A model generated the notes under the pieces. That model was given only the letters and a program-made list of their open reading frames with translations. It did no database searches and was not told the DNA's origin. From positions 32,001 through 96,000 of IMG/VR virus record IMGVR_UViG_3300008448_000004: a stretch of DNA of 64,000 bases. One strand, given 5' to 3'. Position 1 is the first letter of the stretch, and each line of letters begins with the position of its first letter. Shown in pieces: positions 18,034 through 27,483 of this stretch. This stretch comes from a virus. Both the position numbers and the translations under genes were made by a program.

Positions 18034-18083
18034 AAGTTTATTGAGAATCAATGAGTTATAACCTATTGAGAATCAATGAGTTA
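18034..18083 (-). repeat. Tandem pair of 25-bp palindromes plus T-run
   Basis: TAACTCATTGATTCTCAATAGGTTA TAACTCATTGATTCTCAATAAACTTTTTT; the first TAA is the stop of the 18081-18329 ORF. Confidence 0.85.
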
Positions 18084-18329
18084 TAGCTCTTCTAGTATAC
18101 TTAATACTTTTCTCCAATATGACTGGTAGTGCGGTTCTAAAGAAGCGTATGAGTTGAATTGTTGCCATTGAGCATCATCTTTCAGTAGAGGTATTATTTC
18201 CTCAACGCAGGCTTTAGCTGCTATCTTAGCATGATACTTTTCCTCTGAGGTGCCTGATTGTCCGTAGCAGTTATTTCTAAACTTATGTATAAGCTCTGCT
18301 GCTTTAGTTGTAGGTGTTGGGTATATCAT
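18081..18329 (-). CDS. Hypothetical protein
   Basis: 82 aa ORF. Confidence 0.65.
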   Translation of the reverse strand: MIYPTPTTKAAELIHKFRNNCYGQSGTSEEKYHAKIAAKACVEEIIPLLKDDAQWQQFNSYASLEPHYQSYWRKVLSILEEL

Positions 18330-18517
18330 TGTGCTCCTATTTCAGTTGTGCCTTTATGTCCATTTGTTCCTTCCCATTCAACAATTGCTTTAACATACTG
18401 CTGTCTAAGTCTCATGACCATAAAGGGGAGGGTTTGTTCTTCTAGAGAGATCTTCTTTACTTTTTCAATTCCGTGCGGGAACTTAATCTTGAAAGTGTAC
18501 AGTACTTCTTTTTTCAT
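18326..18517 (-). CDS. Hypothetical protein
   Basis: 63 aa ORF, coupled to its neighbour. Confidence 0.6.
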   Translation of the reverse strand: MKKEVLYTFKIKFPHGIEKVKKISLEEQTLPFMVMRLRQQYVKAIVEWEGTNGHKGTTEIGAQ

Positions 18518-18543
18518 AATCTTGATTTAAGGTATTTTAATTT

Positions 18544-19140
18544 TTAATCCCACCACCTCTCACTTCTCTCTTCCATGATCTTCCAGAGTAGCTTATTACT
18601 TCTCTGCTGGTTGAAACTAGCTACATAGTAAGATAAGGTTTGTTTTCCTTGCAAGCCACTAAAATCTTTTCCTGAGTATTTCTTCTTTACTCTTTTAACC
18701 GATCCTGGATACTTTGCTAAGTAGGCATCTAAGTTTTCTGATTTAGTTTCAAACGCTAGCTCAGTTACTTCCGGATTACCTTCGGCAGGTATAAATTTCA
18801 TATCTATATCCTGATAATCATGATGTTCTGTGCCGTAATATTCTTCGTGCTTACGTTCAATTAAATTTAGTACCCATGTCATATCTCTATTATCTCGTTC
18901 TATATCCATATGACGGTTATGGTGTACGAGATATGCTCTCTGATACTCTATCTTCTTTTGGAGTAGTTTTGTTATAAAGTAATCATCCCAGTCTTTATCC
19001 TTGTAGATGGTTGGGATCCACCTAATGATATTTTTTACACCATCCCAGAAGTTATTGAACCAGTAAGGAGTGTACCTTCTCCAAGTTCTTCTACCCCATG
19101 CTGAATCTTGCGGAAGTATCAGCTTTTTGTATTGTGTCAT
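18544..19140 (-). CDS. Hypothetical phage protein
   Basis: 198 aa ORF. Confidence 0.7.
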   Translation of the reverse strand: MTQYKKLILPQDSAWGRRTWRRYTPYWFNNFWDGVKNIIRWIPTIYKDKDWDDYFITKLLQKKIEYQRAYLVHHNRHMDIERDNRDMTWVLNLIERKHEEYYGTEHHDYQDIDMKFIPAEGNPEVTELAFETKSENLDAYLAKYPGSVKRVKKKYSGKDFSGLQGKQTLSYYVASFNQQRSNKLLWKIMEERSERWWD

Positions 19141-19597
19141 TTGTAACTGGTTTTAATATAATGTACTTATGTTTCTTGATAATGCTTTTAAGCTTTACAG
19201 TATAGTTTTTACCTTCAGAGTATGTTCTGTCTAACATTGACATATACTGTGTTCTTGTATACTCTTTTTTAGAGAACATATAATCTTGATAGAGCTTATA
19301 ATCATACACCGATTGAACCCAGTCTGTGTATTTGGCATACCCTTTACTTCCTTTCGTAGCTACAGTTTCTCGAAGCCTGGGTAGCTTCATACCGAATAGG
19401 TTATTGTTGTTTATGCAATTAGCGCTTTTAAAATGTCCTGTCTCTAGAACAGCTTGTGCAAATACTAAATCAGGATACTTTATATCCATCTGATTAATTA
19501 CTCGCCATAGGTTCTCTTTGGTTAGGAGCTTTCCTTCTCCGGGAAGGGCAAAGCTGAAGAATAGGACTCCAGCAAGTACCAGTAGTACTTTTTTCAT
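19091..19597 (-). CDS. Secreted glucosaminidase (GH73-like peptidoglycan hydrolase)
   Basis: Signal/anchor, AQAVLETG, NNLFGMK, GYAKY..W..SV.DY, YSEG..Y..KL. Confidence 0.8.
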   Translation of the reverse strand: MKKVLLVLAGVLFFSFALPGEGKLLTKENLWRVINQMDIKYPDLVFAQAVLETGHFKSANCINNNNLFGMKLPRLRETVATKGSKGYAKYTDWVQSVYDYKLYQDYMFSKKEYTRTQYMSMLDRTYSEGKNYTVKLKSIIKKHKYIILKPVTNDTIQKADTSARFSMG

Positions 19598-19627
19598 TTT
19601 AAATAAGTTAAGTTAAGAAATAAGCTC

Positions 19628-19879
19628 TTACTTATAAGTCTGAGCTAGGTTTTGAAAGTCTGCAATTCTCATTGCTCCGTTTCTCCTACCTACTTCTTGT
19701 CCGTCTTTTATATAGATGAAAGTAGGGACACTTCTCACTCCGTATTGTCTAGTAAGATCCGGACTCATCTCAGCATCTACTTTCTCGATCGATAAAAACT
19801 GCTGAGCTTCTGCTACTACAGGTGCCATTGCTTTGCAAGGACCGCACCATGATGCTGTAAAATATAATACTTTAAACAT
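19628..19879 (-). CDS. trxA: Thioredoxin
   Basis: WCGPCK active site, YGVRSVPT. Confidence 0.92.
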   Translation of the reverse strand: MFKVLYFTASWCGPCKAMAPVVAEAQQFLSIEKVDAEMSPDLTRQYGVRSVPTFIYIKDGQEVGRRNGAMRIADFQNLAQTYK

Positions 19880-19893
19880 AGATTGATTTTAAA

Positions 19894-19925
19894 TAAAGAT
19901 ACGGAGTTGCCTCCGTACCTCCAAC
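19894..19925 (-). promoter_or_regulatory. Bacteroidota sigma70-type promoter
   Basis: GTTG-N20-TATCTTTA upstream of thioredoxin. Confidence 0.7.
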
Positions 19926-19945
19926 TTGTTATGGTTCGTCTATAA

Positions 19946-20545
19946 TTACGCTAAGTAAGAATAGTACTCTTTAAAATGCTTAATTCGATCCGGAAGGCCG
20001 ATTGTACCTCCGTTTACTTTTTTGGTAACTGCTGTTACGACTGCATCGGTAGCTCCTTTATCTGCATCTAGATTTATCTTTCTACTATTCCAATACCATG
20101 CTGCAGAAAGGAGAGGGTACTTTGTTGATACTAAGTCCGGATTCTCGAGGATATTTTCTGTAACAATAACGTCAAAGGCTTTATAGTTATCTTTACCAGT
20201 AAGCTGAATATAACCACGACCACGATACTTCCAACCTTCACCAGATGCTTTATCACCATTTCCCATGCGAGACGCATAAACAATGTTAGCAATCTTCTCA
20301 GGCTTACGCTCATATAATTTAGCAGTTGCTTCATCGGGGAAGTATTTTTTGAAGGTAGTCAATAATCCTTTTGCTCCGTAGTTTAAATTTTCGTTAACTA
20401 CTTTGAAGCCTCCTGATTCATGTCCACATTGAGCTAGGAAATGGGCTAAACGTAGCGGGGTATTGATCTGAAACTTCGATATTGTGTCTGGTATTTGAGC
20501 TAAAACAGCTTCAGGTACGTGACCTTTTAGTTTATCTAAATTCAT
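19946..20545 (-). CDS. GH19 endolysin
   Basis: LAHFLAQCGHESGGF, ENLNY, YRGRGYIQLTGKDNY, SAAWYW, VNGGTIGL. Confidence 0.92.
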   Translation of the reverse strand: MNLDKLKGHVPEAVLAQIPDTISKFQINTPLRLAHFLAQCGHESGGFKVVNENLNYGAKGLLTTFKKYFPDEATAKLYERKPEKIANIVYASRMGNGDKASGEGWKYRGRGYIQLTGKDNYKAFDVIVTENILENPDLVSTKYPLLSAAWYWNSRKINLDADKGATDAVVTAVTKKVNGGTIGLPDRIKHFKEYYSYLA

Positions 20546-20940
20546 AGTCTAAATTGATTTTGATTATTTAATGTATCGATTACTTCTTCTACTGTACTAT
20601 CGGACTTAACTGAGGTAGTTGTTTTTGCTTTACCCCAGAAGTTCTTTTTAGTCTCTATATAAATAGTATCAGTCTTAGTGATAACTTTATTAGCTGTTAA
20701 TCTAGCTTCTGCTACCTCTTCTTTTAAAGTTTCGATCTTCTCAACTGTCTGTTCAATTTTCTGTGTAATTATTTTCTCGCTTACTTTATTGATACTATCA
20801 TTTACCAGTACGTGTTCTTGGCTGATCTGTATGATAGAATCTATTTCTGCATACTCTTGTTTAACTGCATCCTGTATTGAAGGTTCGTTTGTAGAGCATC
20901 CAGCTAAGAGCATTAATCCGACTAAGTGTACAACTTTCAT
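20542..20940 (-). CDS. Lipoprotein, o-spanin candidate
   Basis: LLAGC lipobox, coiled coil, adjacent to the endolysin. Confidence 0.55.
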   Translation of the reverse strand: MKVVHLVGLMLLAGCSTNEPSIQDAVKQEYAEIDSIIQISQEHVLVNDSINKVSEKIITQKIEQTVEKIETLKEEVAEARLTANKVITKTDTIYIETKKNFWGKAKTTTSVKSDSTVEEVIDTLNNQNQFRL

Positions 20941-20941
20941 A

Positions 20942-21208
20942 TTATTTTATTTTACCGAGTTCTTGCAATACAGTTATCTTAGAAGCTAAAGCAGAAGCTG
21001 CACTATCTGATTTGCGAAGCTGTTCTGTAAGTTGAGATACTTTTGCTTCAAGTACTTCTATCTTAGCATCTTGCTTAGACTGTATATTACTGTTGGACAT
21101 TTTAATATCAACATAGAGGTATCCAACAGCAACTATGCAAATAAACATTAGACCCTTTACTGGGTCTTTTGAAAATTCTTTAAATGTTATAGGAGTTTTT
21201 ACTGGCAT
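20942..21208 (-). CDS. Single-TM coiled-coil protein, i-spanin candidate
   Basis: One TM helix followed by heptad repeats; in the lysis cassette. Confidence 0.5.
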   Translation of the reverse strand: MPVKTPITFKEFSKDPVKGLMFICIVAVGYLYVDIKMSNSNIQSKQDAKIEVLEAKVSQLTEQLRKSDSAASALASKITVLQELGKIK

Positions 21209-21238
21209 TTTGTTTTAGATTTCGAGAGGTTGCTAATA

Positions 21239-21520
21239 TCACAACGCTGTCGTATCTACACTAGTATTAACTAGAGTATCAACAACTTGGTTTGCACTAT
21301 CTACAACAACAGGTTGTTCGAAAACTCCAGATACGTATTTAACTATTAGGTCTGGATTGAGAAACTCTTCGGGTATGTATCCGTAATGTACTCCTATTGC
21401 GGCTAGGATAAATACTCCGGTACATACTCCGACGATAGATAACTTCTTTCCTTTAAGCTTTTCAAGTAACGATACTGCTTTTTCAGTAAGGATAGCAGAG
21501 AGGGTCTTCTTTGTACTCAT
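21239..21520 (-). CDS. Small membrane protein
   Basis: Probable start MSTKK (21520); one hydrophobic helix. Confidence 0.5.
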   Translation of the reverse strand: MSTKKTLSAILTEKAVSLLEKLKGKKLSIVGVCTGVFILAAIGVHYGYIPEEFLNPDLIVKYVSGVFEQPVVVDSANQVVDTLVNTSVDTTAL

Positions 21521-21545
21521 TCTATCTATTTTAATTATTAAGGGA

Positions 21546-21821
21546 TTATAGCTCTTCTTCGCCTTCTGCTTTTTCTTCCTGTGCAGCTTTCTTATTGATA
21601 AACTTATCAACAGAAGCAATACCGAAAGATCCTAGAGTTAACCAAAGGAACGCATTAAAGATAAAGTCGTTAATTACTAGATCTTTACCTAAGTACCCGG
21701 TTATAATATCAGCAATGGCGAAAATAACCATCATAAAAAAAGCTAAAAAGCCTATGACTGCTTTCTCGTTTATGTCATTGCTGTCTCTAAATAAAGCCCC
21801 TACCCACTCTTTGAATTTCAT
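21546..21821 (-). CDS. Two-TM membrane protein, holin candidate
   Basis: Two TM helices with a charged C-terminus, first gene of the lysis cassette. Confidence 0.5.
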   Translation of the reverse strand: MKFKEWVGALFRDSNDINEKAVIGFLAFFMMVIFAIADIITGYLGKDLVINDFIFNAFLWLTLGSFGIASVDKFINKKAAQEEKAEGEEEL

Positions 21822-21842
21822 AAGGTTAAGTTAATTAGTACA

Positions 21843-21877
21843 TAAAAAAAGGCTACATATATTCCTATATGTAACCT
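21843..21877 (-). terminator. Intrinsic terminator after the TonB receptor/lipoprotein pair
   Basis: GGTTACATATA GGAA TATATGTAGCC TTTTTTT. Confidence 0.85.
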
Positions 21878-21921
21878 ACCTTTTACATTTATAAATAGTA
21901 AGGTACTGTTAAAAATAAAGC

Positions 21922-23109
21922 TTACTGTCCTTTTATAGGGAATCTAGTCCATCCATTAATCCAAGTAGGCATAGCAATCTCCGGAATCGTTATGCTAATC
22001 TCTTTATTTCCTTGAGTTAATGCTTTTACTTTTACGTCATCTGAAGTAATAACTGAAGACTTGCTTATAAAGTTTAAACTGGGTATAAAAGATCCTACCG
22101 AGTTATCTTCGAATTTAGACGTACCATCTTTATAAAAGGTAGCAGTCTCATTTGATTCTAAACTGAATCCTCCTTTCATATAGCCGAAGAATGTTGAGTT
22201 GGTAACAGTAAATTGTGTAGCTCTTCTGAATCTTAGAGCTAGGTTATGGTTAGTCAAAGCATCAGCGACGTTAGGGCCAATTAAAACTAACCCTATCAGC
22301 TTTGGATGAGTGAATGGTTGAGCTGTAGAGCCTACACCGTCGTTATCACACTCAACTCCGTTACCGGCATCTCCGTTATCTACAAACTGCGGATCACGTT
22401 TTGCTATACTATTACTAACAGTTCCAGTATAACCGAAATCAAAATCGTAATCATCATCTGCTGTAGCAAATGCATATAAATTTTTAGGCGATACAGTACC
22501 GCCGAAGAATTCAAATGCATCGTCGTTAGCGTAAACTGTTTGCACGTATTCAATTATAGTGCCTGAACCTACGGCGCCTAAAGTAAGTGCGTTAATTTCA
22601 GAGTTAGGTAAAGCAGCAATGCCGGCATATTCGATACGAACATACTTCAGTATACCGCTATTGTCGCTATCATCGGTACCTCCGTAAGGACGTCCCACGC
22701 CTCCTTCAATAGTTGGTTCAGATGAACGATTAGTTTTAGCTTTACCCAAAATAATAATACCGCCCCAGTCACCAGGAGATCTCTCGCCGGCGATTTTACC
22801 TGAAGTGAATATGATTGGCTTTTGAGCAGTTCCTTCAGCTAGTATCTTTGCTCCTCTTTCGATACACAAAGCACCTTTTTCTGCAATATCACTTTTGATT
22901 ACAGTACCTGGTTGGATGATAAGAGTAGCACCTTCTTTAACATAAACGTACCCTTTTAATGTCCATTCCTTATCTGATGTTAAAGTTGTGGTTGTTGTAA
23001 TATTACCTGTTATAATTTTGTCTATAGGTACATTGATTGGTTCATCCACAGGACTCTTTTTACATGCAAATAGACCGATAAGTACTAACAGCGATACTAG
23101 CTTTTTCAT
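21922..23109 (-). CDS. Surface lipoprotein (beta-helix-like), TonB-receptor partner
   Basis: LFAC lipobox; GDWGGIIILG, YGG..D.DNSG.L.YVRIEYAG, DDAFEFFGG and DDDYDFD.G motifs as in Bacteroidota lipoproteins encoded beside TonB receptors. Confidence 0.8.
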   Translation of the reverse strand: MKKLVSLLVLIGLFACKKSPVDEPINVPIDKIITGNITTTTTLTSDKEWTLKGYVYVKEGATLIIQPGTVIKSDIAEKGALCIERGAKILAEGTAQKPIIFTSGKIAGERSPGDWGGIIILGKAKTNRSSEPTIEGGVGRPYGGTDDSDNSGILKYVRIEYAGIAALPNSEINALTLGAVGSGTIIEYVQTVYANDDAFEFFGGTVSPKNLYAFATADDDYDFDFGYTGTVSNSIAKRDPQFVDNGDAGNGVECDNDGVGSTAQPFTHPKLIGLVLIGPNVADALTNHNLALRFRRATQFTVTNSTFFGYMKGGFSLESNETATFYKDGTSKFEDNSVGSFIPSLNFISKSSVITSDDVKVKALTQGNKEISITIPEIAMPTWINGWTRFPIKGQ

Positions 23110-25361
23110 AAATTAAAGTTTAATGATAGTGAAATTGTTTGTTCGTTATTTGTTTTAATTAGATCACCTCTTGATTTTTGATAGTAGATAGACGGTTGGG
23201 CTAGTATATCGCTTATCGCTAACTTAATCTCACCTTTACCTGCTTTACGTAGATAAACTACATCAACCACATCTCTTGAATTTTCAAAGATGTCTGAGTA
23301 GCCTTGAAAGCCTACAGCAGATATTCTATCTCCAGTTCTATTATAGGATACATTAAAAGTATTCTTATTCTTATGTATATTGACTCCGCTATTAACTACA
23401 TAATCAGATTGACCTTGTAACCTTCTCTTAAGTCCGGTACCGGTAACCTGAGAATGTATTAGGGAACTATTCGTATAGATTTCTAACCACTTGGTAACAT
23501 TCTTTCTCACTTCTACTTCTATACCTACTGTTACTGCTTTCTTGGGATTAGAAAATGTTAATAGTAGGTTAGAAGGTACAGAACCATCTGCTACAATCTG
23601 TTCAATAGGGTTAGTGAATTGTTTACCGAATAAACTAACAGATATATTCTCTCCAGCTTTAGGATAGTATTCCCATTTCAAGTCCAAGTTATAGATGTCT
23701 GTCTTTTTAAGATTAGGATTACCGAGCAGCTGAGCATTTCTTACAAAGTCGTAGTAGGCAAAGTTAGCTACCTCTCTAAATTCAGGACGTGCTAAAGTCT
23801 TTGAAGCTGAGAAGCGATACTTCACTTTATCTAAACTATAGGATAGGTTAATAGAAGGTAGTATATCTAGGTATACTCTATTGACGTTAAGTCTCTGTCC
23901 AGAAAAGTCTGCAGTATATAAATCAAATATATTATATTCACTTCTAAGACCTCCGGATACTTTTAATTTTTTAAATTGATTATCATATTGAATGAAGCTG
24001 CTTCCTAAAAAGAAATTAGCGGTATACCTGTCTGTATTATTTGTTATTTCCTCTAATAAGTCTTCTCTCTGGTATCTAAATATTCTTGCTTTAAAAGCTC
24101 TACCTCTTTGTAGGTAGTTTGCACCTACTTTAAAGTTACTCAACTCTTTAGATAAACCTAAGTTGAAACTCTCTTCGTTCATATCAGACCAAAACCTGTA
24201 TGTATCCCTCCACGCTACAGTGTATAGATCTTCTGTACCTAAAGATCTGACTTTAGGAGTTACTCTATAATCAGGCTGATCTCTTACCATAAGATTGAAT
24301 CCTGCTTGAGCATCCCAGGACTTTATTTTTGCTTCTATCTGTGAATTTAAAAATGTCTTGATAATATTATTTGTAGAAGTAGTACTAACTTGCTGTACGT
24401 TGTCGTAGTTTAGTCCTGATCTTGTTAGGTAAGATCTATCTATCTGTCTGTTGAAATTGGTCTTGAATGTATACTTGTTCTCTCCAAGGTAGGTTAGGTT
24501 TAAGAAACTATTTAAAAGAGAGGTGTTGGTGTAGACAGTATCTTTGTACTTGTACGCTAATTCAGAGCTTGATTGGTAATCTAACCTATCAATATAATTT
24601 AAAGTATAGTTGTTTCTAAAAGACGTATTAAACAATATTCCAAGTTTACCTCTTTTATTTCCTACTGTAAAGCTGCTATTAAGGTTAGGAAAGGATGTAA
24701 ACTTCTTTACGGGTGGAGTTTTTATAAGAGACGTGTACTGCTCTTTTTGAACATTGTTAGATACTCTATAAAGGTAAGTACTAGGAAACGTGGAGGGGAA
24801 CACCGCTTGGTGTACTAATTTAAAATCTCTCGCGGTTGAAATCGTCCCCCATCCACTTCCTATTCCTGCTGAAATAAAGTTACTTGTAACCTCTTTTAGG
24901 TTAACTTGAATTATGCCACCTGCAAAATCTCCCGGTAAGTTTGGGCTTGCTGATTTTAATACAATAATATTATCTATAAGTCCTGTAGGTATGATATCAA
25001 AAGAGAAAGCTCTTCTATCAGGCTCGGTAGAAGGTAGTACCGTTCTTCCTATCATTGCAACATTATACCTATCCGATAGACCTCTGACTAGTACATATTT
25101 ATCAGACTGTATCGTTACTCCGCTAACTCTCTTAAGAGCATCACTAACAACTCTGTCAGGTGTTCTTTTTAAAGCTTCAACAGAAACTCCATCCGAGATA
25201 GAAATATTGTTCCTAACTGTTGATATAACAGCTGAAATGTTTTCTTTCTTTGCGGAAGAACGAACTACTATTTTCGAAAGAGTCTGGTTAAATAAAGTGT
25301 CTTGTGAAAAACTAACTTGTGTTATGAAGAGACAAGCAGTAAGAAAAAGCCTAGCAACCAT
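23106..25361 (-). CDS. TonB-dependent outer-membrane receptor
   Basis: Signal peptide, plug (ALKRVSGV..VRGLSDRYN, FDIIP..ID.I.V.KS), LARPEFRE..F, GNPNL, C-terminal aromatic beta-strand. Confidence 0.92.
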   Translation of the reverse strand: MVARLFLTACLFITQVSFSQDTLFNQTLSKIVVRSSAKKENISAVISTVRNNISISDGVSVEALKRTPDRVVSDALKRVSGVTIQSDKYVLVRGLSDRYNVAMIGRTVLPSTEPDRRAFSFDIIPTGLIDNIIVLKSASPNLPGDFAGGIIQVNLKEVTSNFISAGIGSGWGTISTARDFKLVHQAVFPSTFPSTYLYRVSNNVQKEQYTSLIKTPPVKKFTSFPNLNSSFTVGNKRGKLGILFNTSFRNNYTLNYIDRLDYQSSSELAYKYKDTVYTNTSLLNSFLNLTYLGENKYTFKTNFNRQIDRSYLTRSGLNYDNVQQVSTTSTNNIIKTFLNSQIEAKIKSWDAQAGFNLMVRDQPDYRVTPKVRSLGTEDLYTVAWRDTYRFWSDMNEESFNLGLSKELSNFKVGANYLQRGRAFKARIFRYQREDLLEEITNNTDRYTANFFLGSSFIQYDNQFKKLKVSGGLRSEYNIFDLYTADFSGQRLNVNRVYLDILPSINLSYSLDKVKYRFSASKTLARPEFREVANFAYYDFVRNAQLLGNPNLKKTDIYNLDLKWEYYPKAGENISVSLFGKQFTNPIEQIVADGSVPSNLLLTFSNPKKAVTVGIEVEVRKNVTKWLEIYTNSSLIHSQVTGTGLKRRLQGQSDYVVNSGVNIHKNKNTFNVSYNRTGDRISAVGFQGYSDIFENSRDVVDVVYLRKAGKGEIKLAISDILAQPSIYYQKSRGDLIKTNNEQTISLSLNFNL

Positions 25362-25441
25362 ATGAGAGATTAAGTTTAATTAGTACTCTCATACCTAGTT
25401 GAAAAGCTTACTCTAACCTCAATTCTAGTATTAAGTATATA

Positions 25442-25789
25442 TTAAGATTCGCTCTCAGAATCCTGATCAGCTATTTGCTGCTTACCTTTTTCGGTTAAGA
25501 ATAACCACTCTACTCCTTCAGCATCTTCAACACTATCGGCATAACCTCTATCAACGAGAGAGTTAACAATCGACTCAGCTAACGATCGCATTATTAGATC
25601 TTGAGCTTCTTCTTCTTCCCATACTAGTTCTGCTCCATTAGTCCATTTTGTAAATAAGGACTCTGCTAGAACTCTCTCCAGTATGTCTCGATTAATCTCT
25701 TCTTCTTCCTGCCAGGACTCTACAATTATGCCTGCGGCTTGTTGAGCGACTTTCTTTACCTCTTCTGGGTAATGTTCTGCTGAAATCAT
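25442..25789 (-). CDS. Acidic hypothetical protein (winged-helix-like C-terminus)
   Basis: Start re-placed at MISAEH because the track start lies inside the tmRNA; ..FLTEKGK.. Confidence 0.65.
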   Translation of the reverse strand: MISAEHYPEEVKKVAQQAAGIIVESWQEEEEINRDILERVLAESLFTKWTNGAELVWEEEEAQDLIMRSLAESIVNSLVDRGYADSVEDAEGVEWLFLTEKGKQQIADQDSESES

Positions 25790-25804
25790 AACGTATGTTT
25801 TAAA

Positions 25805-26242
25805 TGGTGGAGATGACGGGAGTCGAACCCGTGTCTCCGAAAGAGACAATAACACCAACGTTTCACATGCTTAGTACTGCTTTCGGGCCCGTATGCTAAA
25901 CTTAGGCTAGCTGGGTCTGTCTACTGCACCGTAAGGGCTGACCGGTTATGGTCGAATCCACCACCTTGTTTTAATTGACTACAAGGAAAACTACGGCTCG
26001 CAATATGCGTCCGGATGCCGTCTCTATAGCGTACGACTCGCTGTTGTGTTCTGTTCCTAGGCTCTCTACCGCCCGATGCGGACTAGGCTGCTACAGCGTA
26101 GTCGGCGCCTACGAAAGACATTAAGTCTTCGAAGGTCATAGTTGACATTTCGTCATTTGTTGTTTAGTATCTTCTAAGGCAGTATACTCAAATGCCTGCA
26201 TGTGGTATTACCTCAACATTCGGATCAATACCAAACATCCCC
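25805..26242 (-). ncRNA. ssrA: tmRNA
   Basis: 5' GGGGATG pairs with 3' CATCTCC-ACCA giving G3.U70; T arm CGGGTTCGACTCCCG; internal tag ORF ending ..GADYAVAA* (26083-26154). Confidence 0.95.
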
Positions 26243-26268
26243 ATATTGTAAAGAACTAAATATAAATA

Positions 26269-26478
26269 TCACTTGCCTCTCGATTCATTCAAACGAGCAA
26301 CTTGTTTAGCAGTCTCTGGATCTCGTATGATGTTAATCCAGGTAGTTGATTTATGGTCAGCAACTACGTGTCCGGAAAAACGAGAAGTTGTAGAATGGTT
26401 TACGCAGGTATCTTTATACCCAAGCTCTACTCGTTTAGTTGGAATAGCACTCTTACAAACTTTGCAATAATATGTCAT
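26269..26478 (-). CDS. Small zinc-finger protein
   Basis: CKVC..TCVNH. Confidence 0.6.
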   Translation of the reverse strand: MTYYCKVCKSAIPTKRVELGYKDTCVNHSTTSRFSGHVVADHKSTTWINIIRDPETAKQVARLNESRGK

Positions 26479-26543
26479 AACTGTTTATTTTAATATTAAA
26501 GAAAAAAAAGAGCCCCGAGCCTAGACAAGCTAGGGCGTTTAGG

Positions 26544-26945
26544 TTATGAAAACAATTCTTTAAAGCATCTTGTTCTATCTTTTCGAGCTATGATACGGGC
26601 TTCTACTTCTAACGGATCTCCATCTTCGAAAGCCATATCCAATTTACCTTCTTTAGCCATTGCTCGTAAATGACTTCTTAACGGCTGCTGGTAGTGTACC
26701 CATTCGTGAATCATAGTATCGATGATATCCATTATCGTCTTATTCTTATCTTTGCTTACGAAGATCGTATTTTCTATCCAATCATACTCTCCGTAAATTC
26801 CTTCAGTAAGGTAGTCTTCTTTTCGATACTGCAAGTCCGGATATGGTCCGTTTATCTTGCTCCTCCCGTAATTAGATACACACCACCAATACACTTTTTC
26901 GACATCTGCTCTAGTTGGCTTGCTCTGTTTAGTTCTCTTCTTCAT
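26544..26945 (-). CDS. Putative zinc metallopeptidase
   Basis: MIHEWVHYQQ (HExxH) with downstream E.EAR. Confidence 0.7.
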   Translation of the reverse strand: MKKRTKQSKPTRADVEKVYWWCVSNYGRSKINGPYPDLQYRKEDYLTEGIYGEYDWIENTIFVSKDKNKTIMDIIDTMIHEWVHYQQPLRSHLRAMAKEGKLDMAFEDGDPLEVEARIIARKDRTRCFKELFS

Positions 26946-27038
26946 AGTTATACCTTTTACGTGGTTAAAGATACAACCTATTTCTTAGAGTTAAAACTAT
27001 CCTCTGCTCCTAGCAGCAATTATAAATATAGAACTGCT

Positions 27039-27458
27039 TTACTTTTCGTTGAGAACTTCTTTAAGAGGCTTAGTCCATCCACCGTACTGTGAGGTAGCAA
27101 TCCAGCCTGTTTCGGGATCGTAAAGGTAGTTGAACTCCTCGGCGATCTTGTTACTGTAAAACTCTTCCAGGGTAGTGGTCTTAGCTTCTGAGTTTTTCTC
27201 GTTTCGATCTCGTCCGTAGAAGACGCAAACATCTTCTTGAGGATCATCAAAGGTATGAGTAGCGTCTGAAGAAGCGGTGATCTTCTCGTTTAAGGAACTA
27301 AGGTCTCCTAGTTCTAAAATCTGATCGATCAATTCTGGATCGGTATAATACTCTTGTAAGAGTACTCCGTTATGTTCAGGGTATCCGTCCCAGTGACAGT
27401 ATACAGAGGTTACTGAACCATCAGAATTTAACTTGCCAATTCGTGAACGTGTTGCCAT
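27039..27458 (-). CDS. Conserved phage/MGE protein of unknown function
   Basis: MATRSRIG..VYCHWDGYP..NG motif family. Confidence 0.75.
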   Translation of the reverse strand: MATRSRIGKLNSDGSVTSVYCHWDGYPEHNGVLLQEYYTDPELIDQILELGDLSSLNEKITASSDATHTFDDPQEDVCVFYGRDRNEKNSEAKTTTLEEFYSNKIAEEFNYLYDPETGWIATSQYGGWTKPLKEVLNEK

Positions 27459-27483
27459 GTGTTTATATATTTTTGGTTAGGAA

